Source: Gammaproteobacteria bacterium (GTDB taxonomy: Bacteria > Pseudomonadota > Gammaproteobacteria > GCA-2400775). Taken from it: DNA of 64,000 nt. Positions 57,566 to 64,000 of this stretch are shown here, piece after piece. Each line of letters begins with the position of its first letter. The stretch's first letter is position 1. The position numbers and the translations under genes are program-made. Under the pieces are notes generated by a model. The model saw only the letters and a program-made list of their open reading frames with translations, ran no database searches and was not told the origin of the DNA. Where the stretch lies: contig JAADIY010000042.1 in NCBI GenBank assembly GCA_013151045.1, positions 20,153 to 84,152 on the forward strand, read 5' to 3'.

Positions 57566-58804
57566 CTAAGTAGTGTGCTCCAATTCAAACTCCTTATGCA
57601 GTGCACGCACTGCCAACTCCAAATACTTTTCATCAATAACAACCGATATCTTTATTTCTGAGGTCGAGATCATATGAATATTAATACTTTCTTTAGCCAA
57701 CACTTCAAAAGTTTTACTTGCGATGCCTGCATGTGAACGCATCCCCACGCCAACTAAAGAGACTTTAACTATTGAATCATTACCAGCAACCTCACGCGCA
57801 CCTAACTTATTACCGATATTACGCAATATTTCCATTGCATTATCATAGTCATTACGATGTACAGTGAAGGTGAAATCGGTCGCCCCATCAGCACCTACGT
57901 TCTGAATAATCATGTCAACTTCAATGCCCGCATCAGCTACTGGTCCCAGTATTCCGTAGGCAATACCCGGCTGATCTGGTACACCTTGTACGGTGACTTG
58001 AGCTTCATCACGATTAAACGCAACCCCCGATATAACTGCTTGTTCCAACGTGCCCTTAGGGTACATCGATTCATCTTCTCCAGTAATTAGCGTGCCATTA
58101 CCTTCGTCAAATGACGACAAGACACGTAGCGGAACATTGTATTTGCTGGCGAACTCTACAGATCGAATTTGTAAGACCTTTGCACCTAAACTCGCCATCT
58201 CTAGCATTTCTTCATAAGTCAGCCTATCCATCCGACGTGCTGTAGGCACTACACGTGGGTCAGTAGTATAGACACCATCAACATCGGTATATATCCGACA
58301 CTCATCGGCCTTAAGCGCCGCTGCTAATGCAACTGCCGTGGTATCTGAGCCACCTCGACCTAAGGTCGTAATATTGCCGTCTTCATCAACACCTTGAAAA
58401 CCGGCGACGACGACAACTTTACCGTTAGCTAAATCTGCACGAAGCCCCTCAGTATCAATATCCATGATACGCGCCTTATTATGCATACCATCGGTCAAAA
58501 TACCGGCTTGGGTACCCGTGTAAGAACGAGAGGCGACACCTCGCTCTTCAAACGCCATACACAGTAACGCTATAGTCGTTTGTTCACCCGTTGACAGCAG
58601 CACATCGAGTTCTCGTACTGCCGGGCGCGCTGAAATCTCTTTAGCAAGCGATATTAAGCGGTTAGTTTCACCGCTCATAGCAGAAACGACAACAACAATT
58701 TGATCACCAGCCTGACGAGCCAATGAAACTTTATCAGCAATGGCACAAATGCGTTCCGCATTTGCGACAGAAGTGCCACCATATTTTTGGACAACGAGTG
58801 CCAT
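57566..58804 (-). CDS. lysC: Aspartate kinase
   Basis: VQKYGGTSV, GRGGSDTTAVA, two ACT domains, STSEIKIS. Confidence 0.97.
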   Translation of the reverse strand: MALVVQKYGGTSVANAERICAIADKVSLARQAGDQIVVVVSAMSGETNRLISLAKEISARPAVRELDVLLSTGEQTTIALLCMAFEERGVASRSYTGTQAGILTDGMHNKARIMDIDTEGLRADLANGKVVVVAGFQGVDEDGNITTLGRGGSDTTAVALAAALKADECRIYTDVDGVYTTDPRVVPTARRMDRLTYEEMLEMASLGAKVLQIRSVEFASKYNVPLRVLSSFDEGNGTLITGEDESMYPKGTLEQAVISGVAFNRDEAQVTVQGVPDQPGIAYGILGPVADAGIEVDMIIQNVGADGATDFTFTVHRNDYDNAMEILRNIGNKLGAREVAGNDSIVKVSLVGVGMRSHAGIASKTFEVLAKESINIHMISTSEIKISVVIDEKYLELAVRALHKEFELEHTT

Positions 58805-58947
58805 TTACAATAACCATATCTGGCCCTAGCCTGAATACCCATGCTAGAACCGTAAAAAGCCCGTAATTAAACGCTAAATTGAAGTAAATTGGAAGGATTA
58901 ACGTATATCGCGTATAAAAAGAAATTCAATCAGAATTAATTTGTGTA

Positions 58948-61584
58948 CTAACTATTAAGCTTGTTTGCCACCCAGTCAGGAATCAATGCTAGCGCATCGT
59001 CAAGCTCAGCAGGCTTACTACCGCCAGCTTGTGCCATATCAGGACGCCCACCACCTTTACCGCCGACCTTCTCTGCAGCAACGTTAATAAGCTCATTCGC
59101 TGGAAGACGATCAGTCAGCTCTTTGGTCACACCAACTACTAGCTTTACTTTATCACCATCAACCATACCTAAGACAATCGCCGCTGGAGACAGTTGGTCT
59201 TTGAGGCGATCAACCGTATCTCTTAGTGATTTAGCATCAGCGCCATCAACGCGGCTTACTAATAATTTAATTCCCGCAATCTCGACAGCTTGCTCTGACA
59301 AATCACCGCTTGCCTGAGCAGAAAGTTGCTGTCTTAGTTGCTCTAGCGTCTTGTCACTTTCGCGCTGCTTATCGATTAATTGCTTTACTTTTCCAGGCAG
59401 GTTTGGTCTATCGCTTTTAACAATACTGGCAACATCATCAATTAAAACTTCTAGATTAGACAGCCATGCCAAAGCATGGCGACCGCATACTGCCTCTATA
59501 CGTCTTACTCCAGATGCAATACCTGATTCGCTAGTCACCTTAACCAAACCAATATCGCCTGCGCGCGCCACATGCGTACCACCACACAGCTCAACAGAAA
59601 AATCACCAAATTGAAGTACGCGAACAATATCACCGTATTTTTCGCCGAATAAGGCCATCGCGCCCTTCGCCATAGCTTCCTTAATTGGCATCACACCAAC
59701 ATCAGCTTCAGTATTCGCTAAAACTTCACGGTTAACTAAATTTTCTATAGTTTCTAATTCTTGTTTGCTTACACGTTGAGGATGAGAGAAATCAAAACGC
59801 AATCTATCGGCTTCAACCAGAGAGCCCTTTTGCTCAACATGATCACCTAGCACCTGTCTCAGCGCAGCATGCAGAAGATGAGTCGCTGAATGATGGCGCA
59901 TAATATCGACACGGCGCTCCTGATCAACGTTACCGTTAGCCTTATCTCCAACGCATAAGACACCATCTACTACTTTACCAACGTGACCATGCGCCTTTCC
60001 GCCTGCCAGTTTTTGTGTGTCTTCTACCGTAAAGTGACTCTGTGTCCCTGTGGTATCTAACCCAACCACAATTTTACCGCTATCACCAGATTGCCCACCC
60101 GATTCCGCGTAAAATGGCGTTTGATCAAGCACAACAATACCGCTTTCGCCGGCGCTTAACTTATCAATCGACTCGCCTTCTTTAAATAAGGCAACGACTT
60201 CGGCGTCACTAGCCAATTTATCGTAACCAACAAATGTCGTGACCACATCATTGCTGATCTTGACAGATTGGTCTGCGCCAAACCGGCTAGCAGCTCGCGC
60301 TCGCGCTCTTTGCGCGTTCATGTTTTTCTCAAACCCATCCATATCCAAACTAAGCTTATACGATTGCGCATAGTCCGCGGTCAGATCTACTGGAAAACCA
60401 TAGGTATCATAAAGTTTAAAAACTACTTCACCAGGAATCACTCCACCACTAGCACGAGCTTGATTAGCCTCTTCTCCGAGTATCTTCATGCCCTGTTCTA
60501 AGGTCTCAGCAAAGCGTTCTTCTTCAAGTACCAACGTAGAACGTATAGCTTCTTGTTTATTACGCAGCTCTGGATAGGCATCACCCATCACATCAGCTAA
60601 TGGATCAACCAATTCGCTAAAAAATAATTGCTTCTGACCAAGCTCATACCCATGTCGAATTGCGCGACGAATAATGCGGCGTAAAACATACCCGCGCCCT
60701 TCATTAGAAGGCAGCACACCATCGGCAACCAAAAATGCGCAAGAACGAATATGGTCCGCAATTACTCGATGCGATGGCTTATCGGCCTGCCGGGTTTTAG
60801 TGACATCGGCGGTAGCAGTAAGAAGTGTTTTAAATAGGTCAATATTATAATTATTGTGAGTGCCCTGCATCACCGCTGCAATACGCTCTAAACCCATACC
60901 CGTATCAACGGACGGTTTAGGTAAATTGTCCAGACTGCCATCATCAGCACGGTCATATTGCATAAAGACGAGATTCCATATCTCGACGAATCGATCGCCA
61001 TCTTCATCAGCGCTTCCCGGCGGCCCGCCGGCAACATGATCACCATGATCATAAAAAATTTCGGTACACGGTCCACAAGGCCCTGTGGCTCCCATCGACC
61101 AAAAATTGTCTTTAGCACCAATGCGGCGCAAACGTGATTCAGCGACTCCGATTTTATTTAACCAAAGTTCTGCTGCCTCATCATCTTCTTCAAAAACGGT
61201 CACCCATAAACGGTTCGCATCCAGAGCAAGCTCTTTTGTTAAAAATGTCCAAGCAAAATCAATGGCTTCTTCTTTAAAATAATCACCAAAGCTAAAATTA
61301 CCCAGCATTTCAAAGAAAGTATGATGACGTGAAGTAAAGCCGACATTTTCTAAATCATTATGCTTACCACCTGCACGTACGCAGCGCTGAGAACTCGTCG
61401 CTCTAGGGTTCTTACGTTGCTCTCTGCCAAGAAACGCTTCTTTAAACGGAACCATACCTGCATTAGTAAACAGTAATGTAGGATCACTGCCAGGCACGAG
61501 CGAGCTACTCGGCACAATCTCGTGATCTTGCTGCCTGAAATAATCAAGAAAACCTTTTCTTAATTCACTTGTACTACGCATCAT
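58948..61584 (-). CDS. alaS: Alanine--tRNA ligase
   Basis: [51 protein letters not shown]. Confidence 0.99.
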   Translation of the reverse strand: MMRSTSELRKGFLDYFRQQDHEIVPSSSLVPGSDPTLLFTNAGMVPFKEAFLGREQRKNPRATSSQRCVRAGGKHNDLENVGFTSRHHTFFEMLGNFSFGDYFKEEAIDFAWTFLTKELALDANRLWVTVFEEDDEAAELWLNKIGVAESRLRRIGAKDNFWSMGATGPCGPCTEIFYDHGDHVAGGPPGSADEDGDRFVEIWNLVFMQYDRADDGSLDNLPKPSVDTGMGLERIAAVMQGTHNNYNIDLFKTLLTATADVTKTRQADKPSHRVIADHIRSCAFLVADGVLPSNEGRGYVLRRIIRRAIRHGYELGQKQLFFSELVDPLADVMGDAYPELRNKQEAIRSTLVLEEERFAETLEQGMKILGEEANQARASGGVIPGEVVFKLYDTYGFPVDLTADYAQSYKLSLDMDGFEKNMNAQRARARAASRFGADQSVKISNDVVTTFVGYDKLASDAEVVALFKEGESIDKLSAGESGIVVLDQTPFYAESGGQSGDSGKIVVGLDTTGTQSHFTVEDTQKLAGGKAHGHVGKVVDGVLCVGDKANGNVDQERRVDIMRHHSATHLLHAALRQVLGDHVEQKGSLVEADRLRFDFSHPQRVSKQELETIENLVNREVLANTEADVGVMPIKEAMAKGAMALFGEKYGDIVRVLQFGDFSVELCGGTHVARAGDIGLVKVTSESGIASGVRRIEAVCGRHALAWLSNLEVLIDDVASIVKSDRPNLPGKVKQLIDKQRESDKTLEQLRQQLSAQASGDLSEQAVEIAGIKLLVSRVDGADAKSLRDTVDRLKDQLSPAAIVLGMVDGDKVKLVVGVTKELTDRLPANELINVAAEKVGGKGGGRPDMAQAGGSKPAELDDALALIPDWVANKLNS

Positions 61585-61623
61585 CTACCTTTTACTGCTA
61601 AATCATAATGACATTGCATTTTT

Positions 61624-62079
61624 CTAATCATCTTCTGCCATTGCTACGCGGATATGTTCATGAGCAAAACCACGTTGCTGTAAAAATCGCATTTGCTTAG
61701 ACTTTTCTTTAAAGTCACTTGGCAAAGACGCTCCAAATTTTTTTGCTCGCGCCTCAAACGCAAGACCTGTCCAATCACTATAAGTGCCTAATGCTATCGC
61801 AACGTTATCAGTATCAACATGTTTCGCTGATAACGCTTGCTCTATATAACGAGGCCCATAGCCACGCTGCACACGCGAACGCACATAAGCTTGCGCAAAG
61901 CGCGAGTCGCTAATTAAGTCTTGTTGTTGAAATAAAGCAATAAAATGCTCAGACCTACCTTGATCAAAACCACGTTGTGCTAATTTTTGACGCACCTCAA
62001 ACACAGCATGCTCACGCCTAGCCAGCATTCGCGTAATGCAATCGCGGATTTTACTGTCAAATTCCGTCGCCAAAACCAA
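61624..62079 (-). CDS. recX: Regulatory protein RecX
   Basis: 'LARREH', 'SD.RFA', 'GYGP', 'RFLQQRGF'; follows recA. Confidence 0.92.
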   Translation of the reverse strand: MVLATEFDSKIRDCITRMLARREHAVFEVRQKLAQRGFDQGRSEHFIALFQQQDLISDSRFAQAYVRSRVQRGYGPRYIEQALSAKHVDTDNVAIALGTYSDWTGLAFEARAKKFGASLPSDFKEKSKQMRFLQQRGFAHEHIRVAMAEDD

Positions 62080-62121
62080 AGAGTCAAATCAAATGCTAAA
62101 ACCTAGAGGGTTAGTAAGCAA

Positions 62122-63156
62122 TTAAGCTTCGACTAACTCCTTATCACTCTCTGTACTTTCAATGGCCTTAGGCAATAAAGCTGCACGAATTTTGGCATCA
62201 ATCTCATTCGCCATCTCTGGGTTTTCTTTTAAGTAAGTGCGTACATTATCTTTACCCTGACCAATGCGTTCTTTACCGTAGCTATACCATGCACCCGCTT
62301 TATCAACGATACCTTCTTTAACACCGAGGTCAATAATTTCACCTTCACGAGAAACCCCTTCGCCATAAAGAATATCGAACTGCGTTTGTTTGAATGGTGG
62401 AGCCACTTTATTTTTCACAACCTTAACGCGAGTTTCATTACCGACCACCTCATCACCGCGTTTAATAGCGCCAATACGACGAATATCTAAACGAACCGAT
62501 GCATAAAATTTCAAGGCATTACCACCTGTCGTGGTCTCTGGGTTGCCAAACATAACGCCGATTTTCATGCGAATTTGATTAATGAAAATCACTAAGGTGT
62601 TCGAACGCTTAATATTACCGGTCAATTTACGCAGAGCTTGCGACATCAAGCGTGCCTGTAACCCCATGTGGCTATCACCCATATCGCCTTCGATTTCTGC
62701 TTTAGGGGTTAAAGCCGCAACGGAATCAATAACGATGATGTCAACCGCACCGGAACGCACTAACATGTCAGTAATCTCCAGCGCTTGCTCACCTGTATCG
62801 GGCTGAGAAACCAGCAACTCATCAACATCAACGCCAAGCTTTCCGGCATAAAGTGTATCTAAGGCATGCTCGGCATCAACAAATGCTGCGGTACCACCCG
62901 CTTTTTGCGCTTCGGCTACCACTTGTAGTGCCAATGTGGTTTTACCTGAAGACTCAGGACCATAGATTTCTACGACTCGACCGCGTGGCAAACCACCTAT
63001 GCCTAGTGCAATATCAAGTCCCAACGAACCGGTTGAAACCACCTCGATGTCTCGCGGTGCAGTGGAATCACCCATACGCATGACAGAGCCTTTACCAAAC
63101 TGCTTTTCAATTTGACCGAGTGCTGCTGATAGCGCTTTTTGCTTGTTGTCGTCCAT
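62122..63156 (-). CDS. recA: Recombinase RecA
   Basis: [32 protein letters not shown]. Confidence 0.99.
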   Translation of the reverse strand: MDDNKQKALSAALGQIEKQFGKGSVMRMGDSTAPRDIEVVSTGSLGLDIALGIGGLPRGRVVEIYGPESSGKTTLALQVVAEAQKAGGTAAFVDAEHALDTLYAGKLGVDVDELLVSQPDTGEQALEITDMLVRSGAVDIIVIDSVAALTPKAEIEGDMGDSHMGLQARLMSQALRKLTGNIKRSNTLVIFINQIRMKIGVMFGNPETTTGGNALKFYASVRLDIRRIGAIKRGDEVVGNETRVKVVKNKVAPPFKQTQFDILYGEGVSREGEIIDLGVKEGIVDKAGAWYSYGKERIGQGKDNVRTYLKENPEMANEIDAKIRAALLPKAIESTESDKELVEA

Positions 63157-63248
63157 TATTCCACCTGATATTGGTAATGATTAGTTGATTGGGTGATTAT
63201 CCCATAAATCTGTCATTAATCGCACTAGCTTTGATACACCAAGCACTC

Positions 63249-63719
63249 TCATGGCAGAAAATCGAGCAAACCTTGCAAAGAAAATTTCTCGCTTTGCTGC
63301 CTGATGGCCTGGCGATCACCAGCAAACACTTGGCATGCCGTCTTTGTCTCAGTTTCTAGCGCCCATGCAAACCATACTGTGCCGACAGGTTTTTCAGACG
63401 TGCCTCCACTTGGGCCGGCGATACCGGTCACGGCTAAAGAGGCCTGTGCCCGACTGTGAGCCAATGCACCTCGCGCCATTGCAACGACCGCTTGCTCGCT
63501 CACAGCGCCATGTTTTTCAAGGAGTTCTTCGCTAACACCAAGCATTTCCTGTTTGGCTTCGTTGCTATAGGTGATGAAACCACGGTCAAACCAAAAAGAA
63601 CTGCCACTGACAGAAGTTAAACACTGCGCCACTCCTCCGCCTGTGCATGACTCTGCCGTCGTCAACAGCCAGTCGTTATTGACCAAACGTTGAGCTATGC
63701 CTTCTATTAATGCTTTCAT
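63249..63719 (-). CDS. pncC: CinA/PncC NMN amidohydrolase
   Basis: AESCTGG, TYSNEAK, GIAGPSGG..KPVGTV. Confidence 0.92.
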   Translation of the reverse strand: MKALIEGIAQRLVNNDWLLTTAESCTGGGVAQCLTSVSGSSFWFDRGFITYSNEAKQEMLGVSEELLEKHGAVSEQAVVAMARGALAHSRAQASLAVTGIAGPSGGTSEKPVGTVWFAWALETETKTACQVFAGDRQAIRQQSEKFSLQGLLDFLP

Positions 63720-63801
63720 ACATACTCATCTCAGTGACTGCCAACCGTAGCTCAGAATAGCTTGTATACTGCGCCGCATTCCAGAAACGAGCTTTGACAC
63801 T

Positions 63802-64000
63802 ATGTTAGGCGATATTTTTCGTACTTTACCGCAATATCTTATTCCTCATCACGCGCTATCGCGCCTTATATACAAGGTGATGAGAATACGTTGGCCTTTC
63901 TTTAAAAATGCACTGACTTCTTGGTTCGTCAAACAGTATAAGGTTGATATGAGCCAAGCGGTAAACCCAGATGTCAAAGGCTATCCCGACTTTAATCATT
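63802..64000 (+). CDS. psd: Phosphatidylserine decarboxylase, 5' part (runs off window)
   Basis: Manual translation MLGDIFRTLPQYLIPHHALSRL...F..QYKVDMSQA.......Y.DFN. Confidence 0.8.
   Translation, partial: MLGDIFRTLPQYLIPHHALSRLIYKVMRIRWPFFKNALTSWFVKQYKVDMSQAVNPDVKGYPDFNH

Noticed and set aside
1015-63535. Numerous 60-150-aa ORFs antisense to or nested in long genes (e.g. 15274-15720, 32515-32889, 33953-34393, 46669-47040)
   Set aside because: Shadow frames of well-supported genes with no family motifs

Overview
64-kb window from an AT-leaning (~40-45% GC by eye) gammaproteobacterium, probably a chemolithoautotroph. Core genes flank both ends: ychJ-lolD-lolC/E-rluB-scpBA-trpS-yciO-PHP-yciB-yciI-bolA on the left, and tRNA-Ser-csrA-lysC-alaS-recX-recA-pncC-psd on the right. 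The middle holds five blocks. (i) A decaying stretch with an MFS remnant, a frameshifted dodecin, an IS30 remnant, rapA and a 190-bp MITE. (ii) A ~19-kb CO2-concentrating super-locus: cbbLS, csoS2/SCA/4A/4B/1/1, bfr, acRAF, an McdB-like gene, sbtAB, cbbR, csoS1D, a four-gene DAB (dabB, a NuoM-like 251-aa membrane protein, dabA, PII-like), a NUDIX gene and mcdAB, with no cbbQO in the window. (iii) An ECF-sigma/VWA deletion scar. (iv) A sigma54/PAS-activated operon (DUF1348, small membrane protein, two tandem di-haem cytochrome c peroxidases). The second peroxidase has lost the distal His and the catalytic Glu, and this operon is the best candidate for an undescribed system. (v) A complete Lap-type T1SS with LapD/LapG, a TolC-Ig-OmpA fusion and a 1718-aa retention-module adhesin. 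All calls come from manual motif reading; no database searches were run.
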